Shown: positions 17,437 to 26,209 of the stretch, one piece after another
Layout of the letters: every line of letters begins with the position of its first letter
Position numbering within the stretch: position 1 is the first letter of the stretch
IMG/VR virus record: IMGVR_UViG_3300032231_000005
Span: 1 to 47,757 of that record
Source of the DNA: a virus
Lineage: Duplodnaviria; Caudoviricetes
DNA: 47,757 nucleotides
Strand: one strand, 5' to 3'
Program-made: the position numbers and the translations under genes
Notes under the pieces: generated by a model
Database searches by the model: none
The model's input: only the letters and a program-made list of their open reading frames with translations
What the model was told of the DNA's origin: nothing

Positions 17437-17642
17437 TGGTCTACGTGCCGTGTTCGGTAATTGGGGTCTGCTTCGTTTTTTTTGCGTTGCTCTTTATATG
17501 AGTTGCGCCAATCATCCGCCTCATAATAGTCATCTTCCGCCTCCTCTATTTGTGGTTTGTGTTTTGTTTTAGGTATATACCCGAAAGCGTCACTAATAAA
17601 AAAGATCGCCAATGTTTCTGCTAAAAATCCTATGATAATCAT
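17433..17642 (-). CDS. Small membrane-anchored hypothetical protein
   Basis: Hydrophobic N-terminus, SD GGAG, own promoter TTGCAC-18-CATAAT. Confidence 0.55.
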   Translation of the reverse strand: MIIIGFLAETLAIFFISDAFGYIPKTKHKPQIEEAEDDYYEADDWRNSYKEQRKKNEADPNYRTRHVDQ

Positions 17643-17703
17643 GCTTTACTCCATCCTCTTTCATTATGTAATAGGTTGCGTTATTCGTGCAAAGTAAATC
17701 CTG

Positions 17704-17982
17704 TTAAGTGTTGATAATTTGTAACGTAGCATATGCCAACATCGTCGCTAATTTCTTCCCGATTATTTTATCCGCTTCCCCTTCGTCAGCCAAAAACATC
17801 AACAGGCTAACAGGGATATATAACTTACTGGCAATGTTGCAAATAGTTGACAGCGTTGGATCGCGTTTGTTGCGCTCAATTAATGACAAATACGACACTG
17901 ATAGCCCTGTCAACTCTGCTAAATCGCTTTGACTTAATGCGCGTTGTGTGCGAATTAACTTTATTGCCTTTCCTAAGTTCAT
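17704..17982 (-). CDS. XRE-family HTH regulator
   Basis: LSQSDLAELTGLSVSYLSLIERNKRDP. Confidence 0.92.
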   Translation of the reverse strand: MNLGKAIKLIRTQRALSQSDLAELTGLSVSYLSLIERNKRDPTLSTICNIASKLYIPVSLLMFLADEGEADKIIGKKLATMLAYATLQIINT

Positions 17983-18239
17983 TATCCCAAGCCCCCTATT
18001 TCATCAAATACTAACGGTATCCCGTCTATTGCCACGTCTTCCATTGGCATCGTAGTATCATCTAATGCGATTTCCGCCCATTCGATCCATTGAAGACGTT
18101 CATCGCGGTTTATCCCGCCATAATGCCCAGTTCTATCACCATTTATAATCCCGCGCCTCATGCCCGCAATAAATGCAGGTAAACGCTTGCGTCGTGTTGA
18201 GTGATCCATCTTTAAATAAGGGTTATTTTGTTTACTCAT
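17982..18239 (-). CDS. Hypothetical protein
   Basis: Coupled ORF. Confidence 0.5.
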   Translation of the reverse strand: MSKQNNPYLKMDHSTRRKRLPAFIAGMRRGIINGDRTGHYGGINRDERLQWIEWAEIALDDTTMPMEDVAIDGIPLVFDEIGGLG

Positions 18240-18309
18240 TATTCATCATCCTTGTCATTGTCATAAGTGTGTTTACCGAAAAATCTCGGCTCACCGTGTT
18301 TGTCTGTCA

Positions 18310-18516
18310 TCACTCACTGGCGTTATCCTCATAATAATCTTCGTTCAATTCATCTGCGGGGTCAATATCATTCTCTGCAATGTAGGCATCCGATTCACGT
18401 TGTGCCTCAGCAATTACACGTCGCCTATCTGCGAGTGGCAATGCCATGAGTTCGGTGAACGATAAGCGGTTGCTCGGCTTCCGGCTTAGACTTCTACAGA
18501 GCTTGCATTTCATCAC
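18310..18516 (-). CDS. Hypothetical protein
   Basis: SD AAGGA; LMALPLADRRRVIAE helix and acidic tail. Confidence 0.5.
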   Translation of the reverse strand: MMKCKLCRSLSRKPSNRLSFTELMALPLADRRRVIAEAQRESDAYIAENDIDPADELNEDYYEDNASE

Positions 18517-18557
18517 TCGTTATCCTTTCAACCTACTTATATCTGTAATAGGTTGGA

Positions 18558-19298
18558 TTATTTATCAATGGTTACTTCATTCACAATTGTCATCCACAAG
18601 CCGTTTGGGATAACAATGCAATCCTCGTTATCGCACGATTCAATCACATACGTCTCATCAGCGACACGCGCCAATAGCGCACGTAAGCGCGTATTCTCAG
18701 CTTCCGCCTCTAGTTGGTCATTCAGCGCAACCGTGAGTTTAGCCTCGATGTCAGCGATACGCTGTAATGTGACTGTGTTAGGTAGAATTTGCTTTACGCT
18801 AGTCATTGCTTACCCCGTCGTGGTGTTTGATCTCGTATGTCCCGTCCGGTTGCAATGTGCTTGTCGTTAGCCAACGTGTGCCAAGTGGTGGGACTTCGAC
18901 AATGTCTACCCCTTGGGATTGCTTTGTTGCCAACCCGTCAGGACTAAAAATAATTGCGTACTTTTCAACCGCGTAATCGCTAGTTCCGTCAGTCCAAAAT
19001 GTTTGTGTGACGCTAGCTCCGTCAGTGTCGGTTATCCCAAACTTGTATCCTATTACTTTTTTCATCACTTGTTATCCTTTTCGGCTTCTGTTCGCACTAT
19101 ATAGCGAATTTGTGCAGTCACACCATCGCCTAGATTGTTTAGCTCACTGCTGTACACACTCACTCTGTACAATGGCGCATTGTGGTTGACACCATGTATT
19201 GCAATATTCACATAGTTATCATCGTCACCATTATTGTTTTCAACGACGGTGATAACAACGCGCCAACTTTCTGGTAGCATATCTAATAGTTCATTCAT
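18558..19298 (-). CDS. Three coupled hypothetical proteins (18558..18806, 18799..19068, 19065..19298)
   Basis: Overlapping stop/start codons with SD motifs. Confidence 0.55.
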
Positions 19299-19475
19299 CG
19301 CTTACTCTCCTTAATTATTCTGATTAATTGATCGTGTCGCTTGTCATACGCTATATCAGCGCACTTAACGTATACCGTGTGGTGCTTGTGTTACCGTTCA
19401 CATTGTCAATGCGCGTCTTATAGTTATCGTTGCGGTTATTGTCGCGCATGTAGTTAACACACTTCATAACACCTC

Positions 19476-19676
19476 CTAATCGAATAGATTTAATTGCCCC
19501 GTTGCGCGTATCTTCTCAATGCGCTTGTTTGATATTGTCTTACGGCGATTTTTAGCGCGATGTTCTTTATCATGGTTGTTATGGCATTTCTGGCACAACG
19601 CTTTAAGATTGTCAGGTTCGCAATTCATCGGGTTATGATCGTATATGTGAGCAATCGTCATCAGCTTGTGGCTCAT
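19476..19676 (-). CDS. HNH-family protein, only the C-terminal half (possibly truncated)
   Basis: LMTIAHIYDHNPMNC...NLKALCQKCHNNHD; lacks the usual N-terminal CxxC. Confidence 0.65.
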   Translation of the reverse strand: MSHKLMTIAHIYDHNPMNCEPDNLKALCQKCHNNHDKEHRAKNRRKTISNKRIEKIRATGQLNLFD

Positions 19677-19956
19677 TGGTTGCCTCGATTAATTGCAATG
19701 TAACCCGTGCTAACTTTTCATTCAATTCACTGCCTAGTGGCTTCAATTCGTTGTCACTGGCAGATAGAAACACAATGATGCTTAACGGTATACCCATTGC
19801 ATTAGCCACCGTGTTTACTGTTTCATAGTTCGGTTGACGTTTACCACGCTCAACCGCCGATAGATACGTTTTCGTAATCCCCGCCAATTCTGCGAGTTTT
19901 GACTGTGTGTATCCTCTTTGCTTCCGGCACATCTGAATTGCTTTGCCTAATTCCAT
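19633..19956 (-). CDS. XRE-family HTH regulator (paralogue of 17704..17982)
   Basis: YTQSKLAELAGITKTYLSAVERGKRQP; promoter TTGCAC-17-TATACT at 20016-19988. Confidence 0.92.
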   Translation of the reverse strand: MELGKAIQMCRKQRGYTQSKLAELAGITKTYLSAVERGKRQPNYETVNTVANAMGIPLSIIVFLSASDNELKPLGSELNEKLARVTLQLIEATNEPQADDDCSHIRS

Positions 19957-20028
19957 ATATACCCCCATGTGTTATATAGTCACACTCAGTATACACCTTG
20001 ATGCTATTCTGTGCAAGTAATTGGCAAC

Positions 20029-20059
20029 AAAAAAGCGCGATGTCCACTAAACACCGCGC
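20029..20059 (-). terminator. Intrinsic terminator
   Basis: GCGCGGUGU...ACAUCGCGC followed by UUUUUU on the minus strand. Confidence 0.75.
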
Positions 20060-20127
20060 CACTCTGAAATATAGATACACCGTCACTGACTTTTACTCAG
20101 TTTTAGTGCATCGAATTGATGCCATGC

Positions 20128-20957
20128 CTAATCTATGTTGGGCGGTGGTGGCTCGGGGTTGATGCTGGTGGTGTTTTCACGCTCTACGCGCCGTCGCCAT
20201 GCGTTCAATTGTGCATAGTCGGTGTTCACTACGGGATGCGCATCGAAATCAATTTTATCACAATCCATACACTTCCGAGTAATCCAACTGCGGTACGGTT
20301 GTGGTTCACTAAGATTTGTACTGGCACAATATTTACAGCGCATCACCCCACCACCTTAATAGTCAATTCGTATTGTTTGCCAACGTCTAGCGCATTCACA
20401 ATATCGCGTATCTGTGAACGTGAGAATATGCCCTCATGGATTGTGTGCATAGGCGCGGTGCTTGATGCGCCCGTTATGTATTCTTCCCATTCGGCGCGTA
20501 AGTATCCCGCTTGAGTGCAAGTTACTTGATTGTCTGCCCACTCGTTCAATTTGCCAAGAGCATAATCTAACGGTGTGAACTGTTCGGGCGATAAGAATAA
20601 TTCAGGCTGTAGGATCAAGGCGCGATTAGCCCATTGCATGGCAAGTCTGTAGTGTGTGTACCTTAATAGGCTGGTTTCGTCTAAACGGCTGTCCTGCGGG
20701 TAAAAACGACTAACCTGCGCGTGGTCTTGCAGTGTGCGGTTCGATATATATGGCGCGTTTGATTCGATGCGGAATTTGTTTAATGTTTCGTCGCCATAAT
20801 AACCGCCCTCAATTACCTCTGCGACAATATCGCCGATAGCCCACTTAACGAATGAGTGCGCGTCGAAAGCAACATTAGCACGTTCTACCAATTCGTCCCA
20901 CGACTGCTGTTGGATGTGCGTTGCCTGTAATGCGTTGAGTTCTACTGTCATAATCAC
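20128..20957 (-). CDS. Zn-ribbon protein (20128..20346) and hypothetical helical protein (20343..20957)
   Basis: CKYC...CMDC; KWAIGD...YGDETL motif recurrent in phage DNA-binding proteins. Confidence 0.55.
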
Positions 20958-21007
20958 CTCAATTGATAATAGCCACCTGTGATAGTGGCTATGCTTGCGT
21001 TAACTAG

Positions 21008-21598
21008 TTAGTTAGTTTCATCATCCCAATAGGCTAATACGTTTTGCCAATACGGTTTATTTTCGTTTAACCAGATTTTCCCTTGTGTGTCTAGTTTTTT
21101 AATCTCGCTCCAATCAAGGTTACCGCGATCACGGATATATGTGCCGGATTCCCAAATAGTATTGCCATCTGAGTCATAAACTGATGCTGTATAAGCTGTT
21201 TCATCAGCATCATAATTATCACCATATCCACAAATCGGCGCGCATGAATAAGTGTAACGAGTTGATAAACTCATTCTAGCGTTGCGGTCATAATGTGCCG
21301 CCTTGTAAAATATTTTGCCACGTAAGCGGTCTTTATTGTCATACAACCCCGACCACATAGAATGATTACCTGCTTTTTTATACCACCCGTTAGGCAGAGT
21401 TACATTAACAAATAAATCATCATGGTTATCATGGAAAATAATCCCAAGTGCCTCACTGTTTTCGCGGTCACACTCAATAGGCAAAACGGAAAAATTAACT
21501 ACATCATTCTGCCCCTGTTTCTCTTGTCTACGTATCGCCTCTCCCGCGCCAAACACCATGGCTTCTATTATAAACTCAGTGTCATTATGTTTTTTCAT
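21008..21598 (-). CDS. Phage hypothetical protein
   Basis: VTLPNGW...HSMWS..D...R.RG.IFYKAAHYDR motif, SD GGGAG. Confidence 0.65.
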   Translation of the reverse strand: MKKHNDTEFIIEAMVFGAGEAIRRQEKQGQNDVVNFSVLPIECDRENSEALGIIFHDNHDDLFVNVTLPNGWYKKAGNHSMWSGLYDNKDRLRGKIFYKAAHYDRNARMSLSTRYTYSCAPICGYGDNYDADETAYTASVYDSDGNTIWESGTYIRDRGNLDWSEIKKLDTQGKIWLNENKPYWQNVLAYWDDETN

Positions 21599-21638
21599 TA
21601 TTCGTTAGTCTCCCTTTTTTGCTTGCGTTAGATAGTCG

Positions 21639-21884
21639 TTACAGATTAAAGTGTTCACACTCAAGATACGTTTTACCGCAGTTAGGGCATTCGATATAAT
21701 GCGACCCTTCCTCATTACCATATTCCCAACTTACGTCCGACTCGAAACTCGGGCTAGCTTGCCACTTAGTCATGCACCCACCGCCATACCCGTCGACAGC
21801 ACACACATAATCAAGTGAGTAATCAGGCGTAGGCGCGTCTGCAGGTACTGGGAATACCAACCCTGTTGGGCTTGTTCTATTCAT
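21639..21884 (-). CDS. Small Zn-ribbon protein
   Basis: IECPNCGK. Confidence 0.5.
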   Translation of the reverse strand: MNRTSPTGLVFPVPADAPTPDYSLDYVCAVDGYGGGCMTKWQASPSFESDVSWEYGNEEGSHYIECPNCGKTYLECEHFNL

Positions 21885-22377
21885 TGCCCAACTCCGCGAA
21901 TTTCTTAGTTAGTACCTTGACCGTTACGGGGTACTCGATAGCCATGTAATCCACGCCGTCAGGGATTACAAGCAAATCGGCTTGCACCGCTTTGAGTAGC
22001 TTGGACGTGTTCACCTTGCTATCAATAGCTTGCGGTAACGCAACCGCGCAGAATTCAACCGCTTTGGGCATATCGTTGATAACGATTTTACCCTTGCTGA
22101 CAGCGACCTGTAACGCGCCGTTGGTCTTGGGGTCTCCATCCTGATAGGTTTCAAACAGCAAAGTCTTAGCGCGTTCAATCGCTTTTTTGTAGTCGGTTTC
22201 AGATTGTGCCTCATCAGCGATTAGCTTCTCATGTTCTAAATTGAACATCTCTGTTAACTCTGCGATTTGTTGGTTTAATGATACTCTCTCAGCATCTAAC
22301 CGCGCCTTGAGTTCTTGATGTTTTGCGAAGGCTACCCCTGCTTGACGTTGGTATAAGCCTAATGTTTCGTTACTCAT
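21877..22377 (-). CDS. Gam/Gp157-like coiled-coil protein (putative)
   Basis: N-terminal coiled coil, C-terminal KVNTSKLLKAV...IPDGV. Confidence 0.5.
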   Translation of the reverse strand: MSNETLGLYQRQAGVAFAKHQELKARLDAERVSLNQQIAELTEMFNLEHEKLIADEAQSETDYKKAIERAKTLLFETYQDGDPKTNGALQVAVSKGKIVINDMPKAVEFCAVALPQAIDSKVNTSKLLKAVQADLLVIPDGVDYMAIEYPVTVKVLTKKFAELGNE

Positions 22378-22536
22378 GGTTACTCCCTTTATTCGATTCG
22401 ATTTGCAAAAATGCTACCAGCTTCTTATACGCCTTAATCTGCGCGTCCGTTGTGAGCGTTAGCGGTCTATCCTGTAACGCTTGCCGTGTTTCTTGTCGTT
22501 GCTTGCTGTCGGTTGATTCTTGGCTGTTATTGTCGG

Positions 22537-23089
22537 TCATACCATACGCTCCATACCATACGCTCTGCTCATCTGGTATACACGCCTCAAGTCTTGCATA
22601 CCGCGCTTCGGGTATCCCGTTCTCTCAGCGTATCTTTTCATATTATTCCACTGGATAGATTTAATCTCGGTTTCATTGCTAGCATACTTAAACCCGTACA
22701 GCCTGCAATGATGCCGAACTAATCCCTGCATATACGTCACCGCTTGCGCCGTGGTCTGCACTTTGAGCGCACCATCATATAGCTGGCTTTCGGTTGCGTT
22801 GCGTGGAAATGTTGGGACTTTCAATGCCATCATTGGTTACACCTCGTTACTCGTCTAATATGCTTATCATTGCGGATAACTCGGCATGATAATCTTTAGC
22901 ACTTTCAGCATCTTTAGTACCGGGAATACAATCAATTGCGTAATGTGACCACGCCATCTCTACCAACTCATTCAGGTAATCACCCGACTTTAACAACTCA
23001 AAGAACTCACGGTGCAATGCCAAGCCCGCCTTGATTTGCTCAATGTCCATCTTATCAATATTTTCCACAATATCACTGTGCTTACTCAT
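22537..23089 (-). CDS. Two hypothetical proteins (22537..22833, 22847..23089)
   Basis: Both preceded by AACGAGGTG SD. Confidence 0.55.
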
Positions 23090-23108
23090 ATCATCACCTC
23101 GTTAATGT

Positions 23109-23495
23109 CTAAAATGGGATGTCTTTTTTCTTGCGCGGTAGTTCATTATGATCATCATTGTAATTGCTATTACTATCGCCACGACTGCCAGCGAATGTCC
23201 ACTTATCAACCGTAACCTGTACAGTTGTGCGCTCATTCTCGTTTTTGTCAGTCCATAGTTGTATTTCAGGTTCACCACTGACAATAACGGCTGTCCCTTT
23301 TTTGACATGCTCACTAAATGCTTCGGCACGTTTCCCGAACATTTGAATGCGATACCACGATGCGACCTGATAATCGCCGTAGCCCGTATTGACTGCTAGG
23401 CTAACGGTAGCCCGTGCTGTACCTGTCTGGGTGTACTGTAAATCAACATCCCCGCCCGTATGCCCTGCGAGTGTGATCTGTGCGAAGTTTGGCAT
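23109..23495 (-). CDS. ssb: Single-stranded DNA-binding protein
   Basis: OB fold (ITLAGHTGGD..L.YTQTG...SLAVN...KKGTAVIVSG) and C-terminal DIPF. Confidence 0.95.
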   Translation of the reverse strand: MPNFAQITLAGHTGGDVDLQYTQTGTARATVSLAVNTGYGDYQVASWYRIQMFGKRAEAFSEHVKKGTAVIVSGEPEIQLWTDKNENERTTVQVTVDKWTFAGSRGDSNSNYNDDHNELPRKKKDIPF

Positions 23496-24382
23496 TATTT
23501 AGTCTCCTGTGCTATGTCTAACTTATTGATATTGTAGTATGTAGTCGGGCCGCCGTCTTTCGTGGTGGCTGATTTGACATACACCACAACGCGGGCGTTA
23601 ATCGGTCTGCGTTCCTGTGGTTTAATGTTTAATTGTGTCAATTGTTCAACTACTGTGCTATTTGCATAATTGCTTTGGGTGTCAATGCTCAGTCCATAGG
23701 CGGGGTATTTCGACGGACTACCATTGTAGAACGCATAGAATTGATATTCAGGCTTTCCCGTTTTTTGCGAAAACTTCATTTCAACCCCACTAACGGCAAA
23801 AGCCACAACTTGTTGATGGTACTTTTCGCCTAGTGTAACTTTATCCTCTTTACTAGCAGGGAATGCTAATAGGGGAGTATCACCACTGGCAGACGGTGGG
23901 ATTAAATCAGGTTGTGACTGTTTGCCCTCATTCTGGATTACATCAACATCATCATTGAACTGTTGCCAGTCAGTGTTATTTTGTTGTGTAGGTGGCGAGG
24001 GCTTATCCTCATAACCAAACGCTTGAAAGTACGCACCTAAACCCAACAACACATTGCTGACATGATTAAGCATGTCTTGTGCGCTTGTGCGCTCCGTGAA
24101 TACATTTAGTTCTATCGGCACAATTCGACCATCACAGGGCACATTGATAGCCTCTAAGCGATAGATTGTAACAACCGCTTCATTGTGATTAGGTGATTCG
24201 TACTCATTCCGGCTACCCCATTCTTCTGACAACTCAAAAACGCCCGCCTGCAACGCTTTTACAGCCTCACCATAATGCTCTAATGTTTCAGACAACACGG
24301 CGGGGTTCAACGAGATACCATTACGAATAGACAATCGTGTGCTGTCTTTTTTAAGCGTAATCGTTTCAGTGTTAATCGTCAT
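23495..24382 (-). CDS. Hypothetical protein at the usual recombinase position
   Basis: 295 aa, coupled to ssb, two domains separated by a P/Q-rich linker. Confidence 0.55.
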   Translation of the reverse strand: MTINTETITLKKDSTRLSIRNGISLNPAVLSETLEHYGEAVKALQAGVFELSEEWGSRNEYESPNHNEAVVTIYRLEAINVPCDGRIVPIELNVFTERTSAQDMLNHVSNVLLGLGAYFQAFGYEDKPSPPTQQNNTDWQQFNDDVDVIQNEGKQSQPDLIPPSASGDTPLLAFPASKEDKVTLGEKYHQQVVAFAVSGVEMKFSQKTGKPEYQFYAFYNGSPSKYPAYGLSIDTQSNYANSTVVEQLTQLNIKPQERRPINARVVVYVKSATTKDGGPTTYYNINKLDIAQETK

Positions 24383-24920
24383 TACTCGCTCCCTTGCTAA
24401 AGAATTCGCTTGCTAAAATAAAATCCGCACCTGATTTACGCGCCATAACTGCATCTTCGCCGTGCCAGTTATCGCCTACTACCAGTGTTTCGCTAGGTGT
24501 TACGTCCGCGTCCTTCATAGCTTGCAATAACAAGCCGTTGTTAGGTTTACGGCTTTCAATTTGCCACTCAATAGCCTGCTCTTTGCCGTGTGGGCGTGGC
24601 GACCAATTGCCGTTACGCGATTGATACAGAAATGAAAAGTAGCAAATAATATCGCGATTACGGACATACAGCCCCAATTTCATTAGTGTATCTGATACGC
24701 GCTGGTATGTCTCATCTTCTGTGGGCAAATCAGCAGGTGCGCCCCAGCTATCCGTTTCCATCCATAGGCGTAATCCAACACCACCGAAGTTATTCACGAT
24801 TGCGAAGTGATACAGTCCGCGATTATTAGCGAACCATTCTGCCACGCCGTCAAGCAGATCGTGTGTAAATGCCTCGACTAGCGTCCCATCATAATCAAAT
24901 ACAATCAGCTTTTTACTCAT
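24372..24920 (-). CDS. HAD-IIIA family phosphatase (GmhB/PNK-3'-phosphatase-like)
   Basis: FDYDGTL, NNFGG, RKPNNG, VVGD. Confidence 0.85.
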   Translation of the reverse strand: MSKKLIVFDYDGTLVEAFTHDLLDGVAEWFANNRGLYHFAIVNNFGGVGLRLWMETDSWGAPADLPTEDETYQRVSDTLMKLGLYVRNRDIICYFSFLYQSRNGNWSPRPHGKEQAIEWQIESRKPNNGLLLQAMKDADVTPSETLVVGDNWHGEDAVMARKSGADFILASEFFSKGASNDD

Positions 24921-25232
24921 TCACTCGTTCCCTTCAATCTTATTGTCCCAGTAGTGGTGTACCACGTTGTACCACGCCTCGACGTTTATACCATATTTAG
25001 CAATGGGACAATCCGACATAAAGAATACAAGCTGTGCGAAGTCCATCCCATCTAGCTTTTTCTTGGCTTCTTTCAGTATGCCAATTGCCCCGCCCCCGGC
25101 ACGGTATTCAAAATATATGTGCAAGTGCATTAGGAGAATTGTCTCGGTGTCATCAAATGCGGGTTCATGCTTGGCAATAAATTTGCGCCCGACTTCCTTT
25201 AAAAACGCATCACGATCTTGTTTGTTACTCAT
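24921..25232 (-). CDS. Hypothetical protein, first gene of leftward early operon
   Basis: SD AAGGGAG downstream of the leftward promoter. Confidence 0.6.
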   Translation of the reverse strand: MSNKQDRDAFLKEVGRKFIAKHEPAFDDTETILLMHLHIYFEYRAGGGAIGILKEAKKKLDGMDFAQLVFFMSDCPIAKYGINVEAWYNVVHHYWDNKIEGNE

Positions 25233-25265
25233 TCACTCGCTCCCTTTGTTAGATTGATTTACCCC

Positions 25266-25309
25266 ATTATAAGCGATTTGTTGACATAGTGCAACCTATC
25301 TGTTAAAAT
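25266..25309. promoter_or_regulatory. Overlapping divergent promoters with operator GTTGACATAGTGCAAC
   Basis: Minus: TTGCAC-17-TATAAT (25294-25266); plus: TTGACA-17-TAAAAT (25281-25309). Confidence 0.75.
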
Positions 25310-25344
25310 CTATAGTATGAATTAATTATCAATGAGGGTTTACC

Positions 25345-25536
25345 ATGACGGAAACATTTAGCAAGGCAATTAGAATCCGTGTAACACCAGAAACCAAACG
25401 CTTATATGAGGAACTTGTAAAATCGAATTATGGCACTCATAACAGCGCGTCCAATATAATTCGTAACGCTATCCGTGTCTCATTAGGGCTTGAACCTATA
25501 GAGGAAGTTAAACGAGGCATAAGGGCAGAAAAGTAA
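25345..25536 (+). CDS. Ribbon-helix-helix type regulator (putative)
   Basis: IRIRVTPETK...ASNIIRNAI. Confidence 0.6.
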   Translation: MTETFSKAIRIRVTPETKRLYEELVKSNYGTHNSASNIIRNAIRVSLGLEPIEEVKRGIRAEK

Positions 25537-25537
25537 T

Positions 25538-26125
25538 ATGGTAATAGAAAAGAAGTGTTCGAAATGCAAAGAGACTAAACCCATAGAGTCTTTTCACAAG
25601 CATGCAAAAGAAAATGATGGCTATCGAAGGCAATGCAAATTGTGTGTAAAGTCGTATTCAAAACGATATTATGAACTAAATGCCGAAAATTTAAAAACCA
25701 AATCACTATATTACGCACGATCAAACCGCAGTAAGGTCAGATCGTATCACAAAATATGGAGGGATAACAATGTGGGCAAATGCAGAGAACTAGACAAGCG
25801 AAAATATTACGCTAAAAAGAACGCACAAGGTAGCCACACTAGAGATGATATACAACAAAAAGTTGAACAACAAAAGCACAGGTGCGCTTATTGCTCGGTT
25901 AAGCTTCAATGCGATGGAGCGGGCAAATACCATACGGATCATATAAAACCCTTATGTCAACATGGTAGTGATAATATAGAGAATATTGTTTTAACTTGCC
26001 CTAAGTGCAACCTGTCTAAGGGAACGAAAACATTGGGAGAGTGGTCAATATTCCTTGAAAAACACAACCAGTTATCAAATGTGATTGCGTCTAATATTCG
26101 CAAGGTGATAGCATCACTCAAATAA
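25538..26125 (+). CDS. HNH endonuclease
   Basis: CSKC..CKLC zinc domain; CAYC...HTDHIKPL..HG...NIVLTCPKCN.SKG. Confidence 0.9.
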   Translation: MVIEKKCSKCKETKPIESFHKHAKENDGYRRQCKLCVKSYSKRYYELNAENLKTKSLYYARSNRSKVRSYHKIWRDNNVGKCRELDKRKYYAKKNAQGSHTRDDIQQKVEQQKHRCAYCSVKLQCDGAGKYHTDHIKPLCQHGSDNIENIVLTCPKCNLSKGTKTLGEWSIFLEKHNQLSNVIASNIRKVIASLK

Positions 26126-26147
26126 ATAATATTGGTATAATCAATAT

Positions 26148-26177
26148 GTTGACATAGTACAACAAATAGAGTATGAT
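26148..26177 (+). promoter_or_regulatory. Rightward early promoter with second operator copy GTTGACATAGTACAAC
   Basis: TTGACA-17-TATGAT. Confidence 0.75.
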
Positions 26178-26209
26178 AGTTACAAGATAACAAACAAGGG
26201 AGTAACGAA

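Noticed and set aside
19352-19468. 38-codon minus-strand ORF with a strong SD (MKCVNYMRDN...)
   Set aside because: Too short and featureless to assign; it may be a gene remnant.
20060-20125. c-di-GMP-I riboswitch or hammerhead ribozyme
   Set aside because: Only the AAA/GAC internal loop resembles GEMM P2. The P3 arm and GCAAAGC linker are absent, and there is no CUGAUGA/GAAA core.
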